DNA of 54,620 nt. Source: Verrucomicrobiota bacterium (GTDB taxonomy: Bacteria; Verrucomicrobiota; Verrucomicrobiia; Chthoniobacterales; UBA6821). Below are positions 16,838 to 26,953 of the stretch, in pieces. The stretch is from contig JBAXXS010000002.1 in the NCBI GenBank assembly GCA_037127835.1, positions 1 to 54,620 of the forward strand. Reading direction: 5' to 3'. The translations under genes and the position numbers were made by a program. Each line of letters starts with the position of its first letter. Within the stretch, counting starts at the first letter, position 1. The notes below the pieces were generated by a model. It did no database searches and was not told the DNA's origin. It saw nothing but the letters and a program-made list of their open reading frames with translations.

Positions 16838-17779
16838 CTACGCGCGGGGATGCGCTGCATCATAGGCGCGCTTAAGACGCTCTGTCGTGACATGGGTGTA
16901 GATCTGGGTCGTTGTCAGGCTAGCGTGGCCGAGTAGGGACTGAACACTTCGGAGATCGGCACCGTTGTCCAGAAGATGAGTAGCAAAGGAATGCCGTAAC
17001 TTGTGAGGACTCAGTGTTGCGGGAAGCCCTGCCTCGCGGACGTACTTCTTGAGCAGAAGCCAGATGGAGCGGTGACCGAGACGTTTCCGGCTCTTGTTGA
17101 GGAAGAGTGGTCCGCTATCGATCTTTGCCTGATGGCGGTAGTGAGAGAGGGCCTTAAGAGCGAGTCCGCCGACTGGCACGATACGCTCCCGCGATCCTTT
17201 CCCCATCACCCGGACTGTTTCCCCAATGGGGTCAAGATCCCGGCTGTCGAGTGATGCCAGTTCAGCAAGACGAAGTCCCGAAGAGTAGAAGAGCTCAAGG
17301 ATCGCCGCGTCACGAGCTGCCATCCATTCGGGGGCCTGCTTAGATTTCAAACCCTCGGCAGGCTTTTCCATGAGGGTCATCACCTGGGGTATGGTGAGAA
17401 ATTGCGGAAGCTTTTTCTCCAATTTCGGAAGCGAGACCAGCTTCAGGACATTCGCCGCGATGATGTTCCGGTCACTGAGATGATTGAAAAAGCTGCGTAG
17501 TGCCGCAAAAGAGAGCCTGATCGTGGCGCGGGAACGGTTCCGCTTCATCAGGTCTAAGAGATAGGCTCTGAAGTCGTCCGCCGTTGCATCTGTCCATGCC
17601 AAGGAGGGGCGGAAGGCACGGAACTGCGTGAGTGCCTGTCGGTAGGATCGGAGTGTCTGGGGGGAGTAGTTCTTCCCGTTACCCAGATAGTCGAGGAACT
17701 CTTCGGAGAGGGGGTCTGCCTCTTCCCGATCATGAAGAGATTTTTTATTTACGCTGAGAGGGCTCATCTCGGTAGTCAT
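16838..17779 (-). CDS. xerC: site-specific tyrosine recombinase XerC/XerD family
   Basis: An N-terminal SAM-like domain (YSPQTLRSYRQAL), then R...HKLRHSFATHLL...LGHASLTTTQIYTHV, which carries the catalytic R-H-R-Y residues. Confidence 0.85.
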   Translation of the reverse strand: MTTEMSPLSVNKKSLHDREEADPLSEEFLDYLGNGKNYSPQTLRSYRQALTQFRAFRPSLAWTDATADDFRAYLLDLMKRNRSRATIRLSFAALRSFFNHLSDRNIIAANVLKLVSLPKLEKKLPQFLTIPQVMTLMEKPAEGLKSKQAPEWMAARDAAILELFYSSGLRLAELASLDSRDLDPIGETVRVMGKGSRERIVPVGGLALKALSHYRHQAKIDSGPLFLNKSRKRLGHRSIWLLLKKYVREAGLPATLSPHKLRHSFATHLLDNGADLRSVQSLLGHASLTTTQIYTHVTTERLKRAYDAAHPRA

Positions 17780-18014
17780 AGTATGTCATGGAATAGCGAG
17801 AAGAGTCCAAATAGGTTATAGGGAATTGGTGATGGGTTATCGGAAAACAGCCAGTTGGAAAGGAGAGTTATCGTCACCGAAGATAGACCTGTAGGGCGTA
17901 CCTTGTAGGAGTTAAGCGAGTAAAATTGGTATTAGGTGATCGGGAGGAGTTGATCAGGGCAGCAAGATTGAGAATGATGCATATGATTCCCCAAGTTCCT
18001 TTCTGCCAAATCTC

Positions 18015-19160
18015 ATGCCCGATTACCAATACCCCATCCCCGATTCCCGATTGACCATCGGTTTCCTGCGTCGGGGATATTCCCCGACCGGAGGAGTTGA
18101 GGCGTATCTCAAGGGATTGGCTGATGGCTTGAGGAATGAGGGGCATCGCGTCGTGCTGATAGGAACCTCAGAATGGCCCGAGAGCGAATGGCCAGGCGGA
18201 GAAATCCTCCGGTGCAAAGGTGCAACTCTGTCGGAGTATAGCGCCGAGGTGACTAGGCAAAAAACGAGATCTGATATTCGCTTTGATCTGATTCTCTCAG
18301 TAGAGAAGGTTCCCGGATGCGATCTCTACCGTACTGACGAGGGGCTGCACAGGGCATGGCTTTCCCAGCGTTCCCGCTACATTTCGCCTTGGGCAAGGTT
18401 GTTTCAACGGATCAGCCCCAAGCACCGCGAGAAACTCCACCTTGAGAAGCAGCTCTTTACTCCTGGTTCCACCCAACGTGTCATCTCCCTCTCGCATAAG
18501 ATCAGCGGAGAGATCAGGGATCTCTATGGCTATCCGGAGAAGCAAATCAGTCTGATACGGAATGGTGTGCCCACCCGCACTGCAACAACTTCTGAGGAAC
18601 GCGCTTATGCCCGCAAAGAACTTGGCATTCCGGCTGATGAAAAAATCGCCCTCTTTGTCGGGACAGGATGGGAGCGGAAGGGGCTTCGATTTGCCATCAG
18701 GGCTGTGGAGGGACTGAATGATCCAAGGGTGAAGCTCCTAGTCGCGGGCTCTGGATCTCAAAAGCGTTACGCCTCGCTCTCGGTTCGCTTTCTCGGCGGA
18801 GTTCGAGAGATGAAGATGGTCTATGATACCGCGGATCTCTTCCTCTTCCCCACGCTGTTTGATCCCTTCCCTCTGGCAACGCTGGAGGCCTTGAGCGCGG
18901 GTCTTCCAGTGATCACCACGGCGGCCAATGGAGTTTCGGAAATCATGACTCCGGGAGTGCATGGAGAGGTGATTGCCGAGCCCTCCGATAGTTCAGCGCT
19001 CATCACCGCCCTGCGAAAGTGGCTCGGTATCCTCAGTGACCCGGTTCAGGGGGATCAAGCGCGCTCCGCCTGCGCCGCTCTCACCTCCGAGTTCACGCTA
19101 GAACGAAACTTGAGGGAGACTCTTGCCGTCATCCGCGAGGTGATCGCGGAACGGGAGTGA
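18015..19160 (+). CDS. glycosyltransferase family 4 (GT-B, group 1)
   Basis: C-terminal E-x7-E-type region FPTLFDPFPLATLEALSAGLPVITT. A TTG at 18051 (LTIGFLRRGYSPTGG) may be the true start, since 18018-18050 is a G-poor leader motif. Confidence 0.85.
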   Translation: MPDYQYPIPDSRLTIGFLRRGYSPTGGVEAYLKGLADGLRNEGHRVVLIGTSEWPESEWPGGEILRCKGATLSEYSAEVTRQKTRSDIRFDLILSVEKVPGCDLYRTDEGLHRAWLSQRSRYISPWARLFQRISPKHREKLHLEKQLFTPGSTQRVISLSHKISGEIRDLYGYPEKQISLIRNGVPTRTATTSEERAYARKELGIPADEKIALFVGTGWERKGLRFAIRAVEGLNDPRVKLLVAGSGSQKRYASLSVRFLGGVREMKMVYDTADLFLFPTLFDPFPLATLEALSAGLPVITTAANGVSEIMTPGVHGEVIAEPSDSSALITALRKWLGILSDPVQGDQARSACAALTSEFTLERNLRETLAVIREVIAERE

Positions 19161-19164
19161 CTTG

Positions 19165-20070
19165 TCAGGAAATTCGCTGAACCGAGACCTCGACGACCAT
19201 CTTGCGCGTACCCTTCCCACGGAAGGTGCCTCCGACGGGTCGGATGTCACCATAGTCACGTCCCACCGCCAGCTTCACATAGCGGGTATCAGCCTCTCGC
19301 CGATGGGTGGGATCGTAGCCCTTCCAGCCGTAGCCGGGGATGAAGACCTCGAGCCACGCATGGCTCGCCTCGATCTCTCCCGGTAGTTTGTGTTGGTTCA
19401 GGAAGTAGCCGCTGACATAGCGGGCCGGGATACCATGTGTCCGCAGGAGCCCTAACATCAGGTGAGCAAAGTCCTGGCAGACACCCTGCTTCTTCTTGAT
19501 CACCTCGGTTGCGCGGGTGTTCACGTTGGTGGAAAGCGGGGTGTACTTGTAGTTGCGGTGGATATATTCGCCGATCGCCGCGGTGTCATTCCAGACATCA
19601 CTGACTCCAGCGGGCAGTGCGTCAACGGCCTCCCTCCAGACATCGGCCTCAAGAGAGACAAATTCCGAGGCATGCAGGAAGTCGAAGTGCTGTTCCTTCA
19701 CCGAAGGGGCTTTCAGGCTCTTTAATCCCGCCTCAGGAACAGGGCCCCGCGTCTCGGGGATGGTCTGAACCTCGGATTCCGCCAGAACCTCGAGTGATTC
19801 ATGGGGCTGGGGGACATCGAAGTAATGAACGCAGTTGGCGTAGAAGTCGGGATAGTCGCGCACGGAGGAAGCCGGATCGATCTTGAATTGGAAATCCTTA
19901 CAATGCTGAAGCGTGTCGGTGATCGGCTGCAAGCGCGCCTCGTTGAAGCTATCCTGCACCGCCCCCTCGTAGGTGTAACGGGTGAGATGGGAGATCGAGA
20001 GAAGGATCGGCTCCGTCCATGGAACCTTTGCTACTTTGACTTCCGGCGTTGGGGAAGATTGAGGAATCAT
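19165..20070 (-). CDS. transglutaminase-like cysteine protease/transamidase with a Bact_transglu_N domain
   Basis: Catalytic Cys in QGVCQDFAHL, His in SHAWLEV, Asp in GYDPTH. The ATG overlaps the alpha-E stop (ATGA). Confidence 0.85.
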   Translation of the reverse strand: MIPQSSPTPEVKVAKVPWTEPILLSISHLTRYTYEGAVQDSFNEARLQPITDTLQHCKDFQFKIDPASSVRDYPDFYANCVHYFDVPQPHESLEVLAESEVQTIPETRGPVPEAGLKSLKAPSVKEQHFDFLHASEFVSLEADVWREAVDALPAGVSDVWNDTAAIGEYIHRNYKYTPLSTNVNTRATEVIKKKQGVCQDFAHLMLGLLRTHGIPARYVSGYFLNQHKLPGEIEASHAWLEVFIPGYGWKGYDPTHRREADTRYVKLAVGRDYGDIRPVGGTFRGKGTRKMVVEVSVQRIS

Positions 20071-21146
20071 TGCTGTTGCTGCATCTGCTGCTGGTGAAGA
20101 AGGATCTCCGCCTGCGTGTCCACGGGCGGATGGTGCATGTATTCCCGGTAGATGTGGTCGTCGAGTTGGTCGAGCGTGGTCTGGACGAGTTGGAGGAACT
20201 GATGAAGACCGGTATCAAGGATCTCCTCGATGGTCATGAAATTCATGTCGGAGAGAAGCTTTCCGAATGCCCGTTCTTCCGGGCTCTTGTATTCGCGGCG
20301 TTCCTTTCCACTCAGGCGGTGCAGATCCTCGTCGAGGTGCTGCATGCAGGCGCGGATCGAGCGGGGGAAGGTGGGTGAGAAGATCAGGAACTCTGCCACC
20401 TTCTTCGGAAGGATGTCCTCGACGTGGAAACGGCGGTAGGCCTCGAGTGCACTTGCCGAGCGCAGGATCGCCTGCCACTGGGCCGCATCCACAGCGCCTC
20501 CCACATCCGCCACGCTTGGGAGCAGGATATGGTATTTCAGATCGAGGATGCGCGAGGTCTTGTCGGCGCGCTCAAGGAACTTGCCAAGATTGATGAACTC
20601 GTACCCCTCGTTGCGAGTGAAGGTCGATCCCGTAAGTCCCTGGAAGAGGTGGGAGTATTTCTTGATCTGCTCGTAAAATTCATGGGCTCCTGTCTGCCAG
20701 ACCTCGCGGGCGTTACTCGACTTAAGGAAAAGATAGCACTCGTTGAGCGTCTCGAACATCTCTAGCGAGATCTGATCACGGACCTGACGCGCATTCTCGC
20801 GCGCAGAGAAGAGACAGGAGATGATAGAATTCGGATTTTCCTCCCTGAAAGTCAGGAACTCAGTGACGCTTTCGCTATCAGCTTTCTCGTAGAGCTGGAA
20901 GAAGGTCTTTTCATTGCCGGCCGAGCAGAGGATGGGGAGCCAGTGCTTCTCGAGCTGATCATCATCGAAGTCCGCAAAATCCAGCATCAGCTGGAGATTC
21001 ACGTCGAGCAGCCGGGCGACATTCTCCGAGCGCTCGATATAGCGGCTCATCCAGTAGAGGGAATTGGCCACGCGTGAGAGCATGACGAGGCTGTCACGAC
21101 GGTTCGAAATCGGCTTCTGGGCCGTGGGGATAAGAGGTTCACTCAT
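20067..21146 (-). CDS. alpha-E domain (DUF403) protein
   Basis: N-terminus MLSRVANSLYWMSRYIERSENVARLLDV is the hallmark of the alpha-E family. The C-terminus is a Q-rich tail. Confidence 0.85.
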   Translation of the reverse strand: MSEPLIPTAQKPISNRRDSLVMLSRVANSLYWMSRYIERSENVARLLDVNLQLMLDFADFDDDQLEKHWLPILCSAGNEKTFFQLYEKADSESVTEFLTFREENPNSIISCLFSARENARQVRDQISLEMFETLNECYLFLKSSNAREVWQTGAHEFYEQIKKYSHLFQGLTGSTFTRNEGYEFINLGKFLERADKTSRILDLKYHILLPSVADVGGAVDAAQWQAILRSASALEAYRRFHVEDILPKKVAEFLIFSPTFPRSIRACMQHLDEDLHRLSGKERREYKSPEERAFGKLLSDMNFMTIEEILDTGLHQFLQLVQTTLDQLDDHIYREYMHHPPVDTQAEILLHQQQMQQQQ

Positions 21147-21179
21147 GCGGAAAAGGGGTAGCTGGAAAGGATTTTTTAA

Positions 21180-22640
21180 TTAGGAATCACTATGGAGCAC
21201 CCAGGTATCCTTGGAGCCACCGCCCTGCGAGGAATTCACGACCAGCGAGCCCTTGCGGAGCGCCACGCGGGTGAGGCCCCCGGGAGTGACGGTGATCTTT
21301 TCCCCATAGAGGATGTAAGGACGTAAATCGACATGGCGCCCTTCGAATCTGCCCCCCGTCTCGGTGTTGCACCAGGTGGGGTGACGCGAGAGGGAGATCG
21401 GGTGTTGGGCAATGAAGTTTCGTGGATTGGCCAGGATCTGCTCACGGAAGCTCTCGATCTCCTCCTTGCTGGCCCAGGGGCCCATGAGCATGCCGTAGCC
21501 GCCCGCCTCATTGGCTGACTTGACCACGAGCTTCCCAAGGTTCTCCAGGATGAAGCCACGATCCTGAGGCTCGCTTGCCAAGAAAGTGTCGACATTCGGC
21601 AGGATCGGCTCCTCGCCGAGGTAATACTTGATAATTTTCGGAACGAAGTAGTAGACCACTTTGTCGTCGGCCACACCGGTTCCGATGCTGTTCGCAAGGC
21701 TGACATTGCCTGAGCGGTAGGCATGGACGAGGCCGGGAACTCCCAAGAGAGAGTCGGGTCTGAAGACCGTGGGATCGAGGAAGTCGTCGTCGATCCTACG
21801 GTAGATAACGTCGACTGGGACGAGTCCCGAGGTCGTGCGCATGTAGACGCGTGCATCCCGGACTACCAGATCGCGTCCCTCGACGATGGGAATGCCCATC
21901 TGGCGAGCCAGGAAGGCATGCTCGAAGTAAGCACTGTTGAAGACTCCCGGTGTCATCAGGACGACGTTCGGCTGTGCACTGCCGAGCGATGGAGGAGAAA
22001 CGTACTGGAGGACCTTGCGTAGATCGGCTGCGTAATTGTCGACCGGTTGCACGCGGGCGTTACGATAGAGATCGGGGAATGCACGCTTGAGAGCCGCACG
22101 ATTCTCGAGCATGTAACTGGCACCCGAGGGGCAGCGGAGGTTGTCCTCGAGAACGAGGTAGTTTCCGTCACGATCGCGGATCAGGTCGGTGCCGCAGACA
22201 TGGACATAGATATCTTTCGGAACATTGAATCCCATGAACTCACGGCGGAAATGCTTTGCCCCTAGGATATAGTGAGGAGGAATGATCCGGTCCTTAAGGA
22301 TCTTCTGGTCGTGATAGATGTCGTGCAGGAAGAGATTGAGAGCGGTGATCCGTTGGATAAGCCCCTTCTCGATCCGCTGCCACTCGGTGTCGGGGATGAC
22401 CCGGGGTACGAGATCGAAAGGAAAAATCCGCTCAGTTCCTTGATCGTCGTTGTAGACCGTGAAAGTGACTCCTCCGCGCATGAAGGCCAGATCGACTGCC
22501 GTCTGCTTGCGCCGATGCTCGCCGCTATCCAGTAACTGGAGTCGATCGGCCACACGCTGGTAGTGGGGCCTGACACCACCGCCCCTCTCCGTGAACATTT
22601 CGTCAAAAAAGTCTTCCGTTTCGTAGTTGTCCAGCAGCAT
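21180..22640 (-). CDS. circularly permuted type 2 ATP-grasp protein (DUF404/DUF407)
   Basis: About 486 aa with blocks [36 protein letters not shown] and [17 protein letters not shown], typical of CP_ATPgrasp_2. ATG at 22640. Confidence 0.88.
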   Translation of the reverse strand: MLLDNYETEDFFDEMFTERGGGVRPHYQRVADRLQLLDSGEHRRKQTAVDLAFMRGGVTFTVYNDDQGTERIFPFDLVPRVIPDTEWQRIEKGLIQRITALNLFLHDIYHDQKILKDRIIPPHYILGAKHFRREFMGFNVPKDIYVHVCGTDLIRDRDGNYLVLEDNLRCPSGASYMLENRAALKRAFPDLYRNARVQPVDNYAADLRKVLQYVSPPSLGSAQPNVVLMTPGVFNSAYFEHAFLARQMGIPIVEGRDLVVRDARVYMRTTSGLVPVDVIYRRIDDDFLDPTVFRPDSLLGVPGLVHAYRSGNVSLANSIGTGVADDKVVYYFVPKIIKYYLGEEPILPNVDTFLASEPQDRGFILENLGKLVVKSANEAGGYGMLMGPWASKEEIESFREQILANPRNFIAQHPISLSRHPTWCNTETGGRFEGRHVDLRPYILYGEKITVTPGGLTRVALRKGSLVVNSSQGGGSKDTWVLHSDS

Positions 22641-22764
22641 GGGAAAGTTTGTTAAGGTTAATGCCTGATGATGGTGATGGAAGTCAGTTCCGAGTTCTTC
22701 AAGAGAAGAGGGAATGAATAAGAGAAGCAACTAACGGGCCAAGAAAAAGGTAATCTTAGAATTA

Positions 22765-23823
22765 TTATTGCTGAAGCAAACCACTGATTTTTAGCTGGTA
22801 ATCATCGCGGGCATTGAGTGCCTGAAGACATCCCTTGCGGTCGATCAGCCAGAGCGTGGGGATGGTGTTGATCCCGAGGCGACGTGCGATTGTATTATCC
22901 CATCCTTTGCCGTCAAAGTAAGTGGGCCAGGTGACATTCAAGGACTGCATCGCCGAGCGGAGATCGGCGCGATCCCGGCCGAGGCTTATGGTCACGACTT
23001 TCAGTGACGGAACTTCGGACGCATACCGTGAGAAATACTGCATCCAGACCAGAGAAGGGGCTGATTCCGCAGACCAGAAAATCAGGGCGACAACGTGTCC
23101 TTTTTCCTTGGAGAGATCAAATGTTTCCCCCTCCATTGTGGTGAAGCGGAGATCTACCGGCTTCCCAAGTTGGTCGAGTCGTTTTCTGTCGTCCTGAAGA
23201 CGCCATGTGAGGCTCTCCTCCCTGCTCAGGGTTAGAGCTTGCTCGATGAGCTTGGCTTTCACTTCCGGATGGTTGTCGCAGAGAGCGGCTGCCTCTGCCA
23301 GAAGGCGTGGTGCCCGTCTATCCTGAGGAAATTCCGATGCAAAAAGGCGGGCGTAGCTGGTGGCGTTCTCGCGCCGCTGGTCGGCTGTGTCACCCAGATT
23401 CTGCCATTGGAGGGAAAGACGGCGAAACATCGTCTCGGCACGTTGGGAATCATCGGGGGCTTGCTTTTCAAGAGTCTTCAGCTTCTCGAGTGCTTCGGTG
23501 ACTGCGGGAGGGTTACCGTCCAACGACGCAAACTTCGCTTGTGCCACGGCGAGTCGCACCTTGGATTCGTAGGCATGGGGGTCCTTGGGAGATGCTTTGA
23601 CCTCCTTGGACTCCTTGAGGAAGGCTTCATTGGCGGCGATCTGCGCCTCGAAGTGTGCCTTCATGGCCAACTTCGCCTTCCTAGGATCGGGTGAGAGGCG
23701 TGTCACTGGTTGGTCGAGATCGGTCACGTGAGACCAATCAGCGTGCAAGGTTCCAATTTGTAGAATGGGTAGAGTGAGTAGACCGATCAGAAGCAGGAGC
23801 ACTCGTCTGTAAGGTATCGTCAT
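22765..23823 (-). CDS. TlpA/thioredoxin-fold protein with CxxC replaced by SAPS, preceded by a long helical N-terminal region
   Basis: VALIFWSAESAPSLVW aligns with the usual FWASWCGPC. The downstream block GINTIPTLWLIDRKG (cis-Pro loop) is retained. The ATG at 23823 overlaps the stop of the upstream gene. Confidence 0.7.
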   Translation of the reverse strand: MTIPYRRVLLLLIGLLTLPILQIGTLHADWSHVTDLDQPVTRLSPDPRKAKLAMKAHFEAQIAANEAFLKESKEVKASPKDPHAYESKVRLAVAQAKFASLDGNPPAVTEALEKLKTLEKQAPDDSQRAETMFRRLSLQWQNLGDTADQRRENATSYARLFASEFPQDRRAPRLLAEAAALCDNHPEVKAKLIEQALTLSREESLTWRLQDDRKRLDQLGKPVDLRFTTMEGETFDLSKEKGHVVALIFWSAESAPSLVWMQYFSRYASEVPSLKVVTISLGRDRADLRSAMQSLNVTWPTYFDGKGWDNTIARRLGINTIPTLWLIDRKGCLQALNARDDYQLKISGLLQQ

Positions 23824-24764
23824 GGAATGGTTGGGGCAGTGATGGAGGGAGATGTCGTTCGGGGCTTCCTGAGTGTGAGATAGACGGGGCAATGATCGCT
23901 CGCCTCACTCCAGAATGACGGCCGGGCAATGCCGGATTGACCGGAATCAACCTCCCCCTCCAGTTTCTTGGAGACCATGATGTAGTCAATGCGCGAGTAG
24001 ACGTGGGCGTATGACCAGAACTCCGTCCAGAATTCCCCGCGGTCGTCCGCAAGGGGCAGGGCCGTCAGGCTATCGGGCCACTCCGGTTTGCCCGTGATCT
24101 GCCAGATCTCCTTTTCATTCTTCGTGTCATTGAAGTCCCCCATGAGTACCAGTCGTGCCGAGGGATCCGTACGAAGGATATCCCTCACATAACGCCTGAG
24201 ATACTGAGACTCGGCAAGGCGAAGGTCTGCCTGATCATATTCCGCAACTTCCAACTTGGCCTTCAGATGGACGCAGAGAATACGGATCCTCTCTCCTGAG
24301 ACTGGTTCAACTGTGACATCCAGGATACCGCGAGGACTATGCAAGGTCACGCCGTTCACTCTGAGCGGCAGATCGTTCTGTGAATGATGCTCCACGATGG
24401 GGATGCGACTGAGCAGGGCGACATGGCGACTGGTATCGGCGGCCTGCAGATACTCACTGTAGGGGAAATCAAGTCCGGATTTGCGGAGACGCCTTTGCAG
24501 GTCTGAGAATTGCCCCGACTCACCCATCTCTTGCAGGCCCAGAACATCGGGCCGGATCGATCCCACCATCCGGACGACCGCATCACGCTCGGATTCCGGC
24601 TTGCCAGCCTTGGCCCGAAGCTTGCCGTCGATCCGACGCGGCATTGTGATGTAGTTCTCCACATTGTAGGAGGCGATCCGGAATCCATTCGTCCCCTCGG
24701 CATGGAGCGAACTGACACAGCTTAAAAAACAAAAGACGACCCCCAGAGCAGAGATCGTCTTCAT
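23820..24764 (-). CDS. secreted endonuclease/exonuclease/phosphatase (EEP) family protein
   Basis: Signal peptide MKTISALGVVFCFLSCVSSLHA, then FRIASYNVENY, LGLQEM, MGDFND and SDHCPVY EEP motifs. Confidence 0.8.
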   Translation of the reverse strand: MKTISALGVVFCFLSCVSSLHAEGTNGFRIASYNVENYITMPRRIDGKLRAKAGKPESERDAVVRMVGSIRPDVLGLQEMGESGQFSDLQRRLRKSGLDFPYSEYLQAADTSRHVALLSRIPIVEHHSQNDLPLRVNGVTLHSPRGILDVTVEPVSGERIRILCVHLKAKLEVAEYDQADLRLAESQYLRRYVRDILRTDPSARLVLMGDFNDTKNEKEIWQITGKPEWPDSLTALPLADDRGEFWTEFWSYAHVYSRIDYIMVSKKLEGEVDSGQSGIARPSFWSEASDHCPVYLTLRKPRTTSPSITAPTIP

Positions 24765-24807
24765 GAACCAGTCTTGGAACTCTCTATCGATTCTGACGTT
24801 CCGATCT

Positions 24808-25137
24808 TCAGGCAGGTTTCTGCTCGTCCTTGATAGGAGCCGGGGAGGCTGGAGTGGCTGGATGGGATTCAGCGGAGACGATAGGAGTGGATTCAACGAT
24901 CGCCGGAGTGGCTGGAGTCGTGGGGGATGCAGTTGGTTTTGCGACTTCCTTGTCGAACTCATCCTTCGCCTTTTTGAATTCATTCACGCTCTGGCCGAAA
25001 CCGCGAGCGAGTTCCGGCAGACGCTTGGCGCCGAAGAGAACCAGGACGATCACCAGCAGAATGATCAAGTCTGGGCCACTCGGGATACCGAAGGCCAGAA
25101 TAGGGTGGAAGCCGAGCATATGTGCGATCATCTGCAT
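24808..25137 (-). CDS. tatA: twin-arginine translocase TatA/E
   Basis: LIILLVIVLVLFGAKRLPELARGFGQSVNEFKKAK. The start could be 25137, 25131 or 25119. Confidence 0.85.
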   Translation of the reverse strand: MQMIAHMLGFHPILAFGIPSGPDLIILLVIVLVLFGAKRLPELARGFGQSVNEFKKAKDEFDKEVAKPTASPTTPATPAIVESTPIVSAESHPATPASPAPIKDEQKPA

Positions 25138-25273
25138 AATCTATCTCCTAACACTCCCTGCGATCCATGCAACAAAAAGTCCCATCCTTTGTTGAGTTAG
25201 CAGCTTGCGGCTGCGATCAACTTTTCGGCGAGATTGTCAGACGGGCGAATTGGCATTAGAAATAAATCCGACC

Positions 25274-26239
25274 ATGGCAGCACAGTTCCGCGATTATTAC
25301 GAAACCCTTGGAGTCTCCAAGACCGCCTCTTCCGATGAGATCAAGAGTGCCTTCCGCAAACTTGCCCGCAAGCATCACCCCGATCTGGCCAAGGACAAGA
25401 AGGCCGCTGAGGAGAAATTCAAGGAGATCAACGAGGCCTACGAGGTACTTGGTGACCCCGAGAAGCGCAAGAAGTACGATGAATATGGCGCCAACTGGCA
25501 GCATGCCGGCAACGGGTTCCCTCCCGGAGGAGGTGGAGGAGGTGGGGGAGGTCGTGGAGGTGCAGGAGGCTATGGAGGAAATTATGGAGGTGGAGGCGAT
25601 GCCTCGGAGTTTCACTTTGGTGGGACGGGTTACAGCGATTTTTTCGAGCAGTTCTTCGGCACACGACGCGGTAGGGGATTCAGTGGCGGTGGTGGAGGAG
25701 TCGATTTCGAGGAGACTCCGCAGCGTGGTCGCGATGTCGAGGCCGATATCCTGGTGACTCTCGAGGAGGTGCTGCACGGGGCGACCCGTCAGATCTCCTT
25801 CCGCAAGGGGAACTCCACGGACATCCAGACTTACACCGTCAAGATCCCGAAGGGTGTCCGCGAGGGTCAGCGTATCCGGCTTGCCGGACAGGGAGGTGCA
25901 GGCGGTTCGCGCGGCGAGGCCGGTGATCTCTACCTCAGGGTTAAACTCCAGCAACATCCCGATTACCGCTTCGAGGGTTCCGATATTTATTACGAGGCCG
26001 ATGTTCCCCCTTGGCAGGCGGTACTCGGCGGTGAACTTACCATCCCGACGCCTGATGGGAGAGCTAAGCTCAAGATCCCTGCAGGCACTCAGAACGGCCG
26101 ACAGTTCCGAATTCCGGGGAGAGGGCTTCCGGGCAAGGAGGCTCGTGGGGATTTCTACGCGGTGATTGAGATTTCAATTCCCGAATCGTTGACACCTGAC
26201 CAGAAAGAGCTTTGGGAGAAACTCTCCAAACTCGGATAA
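25274..26239 (+). CDS. cbpA: J-domain co-chaperone, CbpA-like (no zinc-finger domain)
   Basis: DYYETLGV...HHPD J domain, a Gly-rich linker and DnaJ C-terminal domains. There are no CxxCxGxG repeats. Confidence 0.8.
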   Translation: MAAQFRDYYETLGVSKTASSDEIKSAFRKLARKHHPDLAKDKKAAEEKFKEINEAYEVLGDPEKRKKYDEYGANWQHAGNGFPPGGGGGGGGGRGGAGGYGGNYGGGGDASEFHFGGTGYSDFFEQFFGTRRGRGFSGGGGGVDFEETPQRGRDVEADILVTLEEVLHGATRQISFRKGNSTDIQTYTVKIPKGVREGQRIRLAGQGGAGGSRGEAGDLYLRVKLQQHPDYRFEGSDIYYEADVPPWQAVLGGELTIPTPDGRAKLKIPAGTQNGRQFRIPGRGLPGKEARGDFYAVIEISIPESLTPDQKELWEKLSKLG

Positions 26240-26300
26240 CGATTATTCTTTATTCTCAATTTCAGTTTTAAGACTGCAGGTTTCATCCTTTTCCCGTTCC

Positions 26301-26936
26301 GTGTCCCATCTCGACTATCCCGAATCCTTCCGAGAACTGGTCCGCCAGTTCCGAAGGCTTCCCGGGATCGGTCCGCGGAGCGCCGAGCGGATCGCCCTCT
26401 GGATGATGCGTTCCCCTGACGCCAAGTCCGAGCAACTGATCTCGGCAGTTTCCAAGGCTCGAGAGAGCCTGAAAACCTGCCGTCTCTGCGGCTTCTTCGC
26501 CGAGTCGGAAGAGTGCTCTCTCTGCCGGGATGAGGCTCGTGCCGGACGCGAACTCTGCATCGTGGAGACGGCTACCGATATCCTGCCGTTGGAGCGGACG
26601 GGAGTCTTTCGCGGGCGTTACCATGCTCTCGGCGGGAAACTCTCACCTCTGGATGGCATCGGGCCTGAGCAACTCCGGATCGGTGAATTGCTCGAGCGCA
26701 TCGGCGATGAGCGTCCCTCCGAGGTGATCCTGGCTCTGGGTGTCGATGTCGAGGGTGAGGCCACCTCCCATTATCTGGCCGAGATGATTGCCCCGACAGG
26801 CGTCCACGTAACACGGATCGCACAGGGATTACCCGCTGGCGGGGGTGTCGATCAGGCCGATCAGATCACGCTCCACCGTGCCCTCGCAAATCGTGGTGCT
26901 TACGGAAGCAATGGGAGCAATAAGTTATTTCCTTAA
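26301..26936 (+). CDS. recR: recombination protein RecR
   Basis: LPGIGPRSAERIA HhH motif, a C4 zinc finger CRLCGFFAESEECSLC, and a Toprim segment. GTG start. Confidence 0.92.
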   Translation: MSHLDYPESFRELVRQFRRLPGIGPRSAERIALWMMRSPDAKSEQLISAVSKARESLKTCRLCGFFAESEECSLCRDEARAGRELCIVETATDILPLERTGVFRGRYHALGGKLSPLDGIGPEQLRIGELLERIGDERPSEVILALGVDVEGEATSHYLAEMIAPTGVHVTRIAQGLPAGGGVDQADQITLHRALANRGAYGSNGSNKLFP

Positions 26937-26953
26937 GATTTCCTCAAGTATTC

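Noticed and set aside
16838-17779. Tyrosine recombinase considered as the integrase of a mobile island
   Set aside because: It has a XerC/XerD-like sequence with the SAM-like N-terminal domain. There is no adjacent tRNA, no attachment-site direct repeats and no cargo genes. Housekeeping Xer is the simpler reading.
25500-25700. Runs of GGAGG/GGTGG repeats that look like a DNA repeat
   Set aside because: They encode the Gly-rich (G/F) linker of the J-protein and are in frame, which is a normal feature of DnaJ/CbpA proteins.
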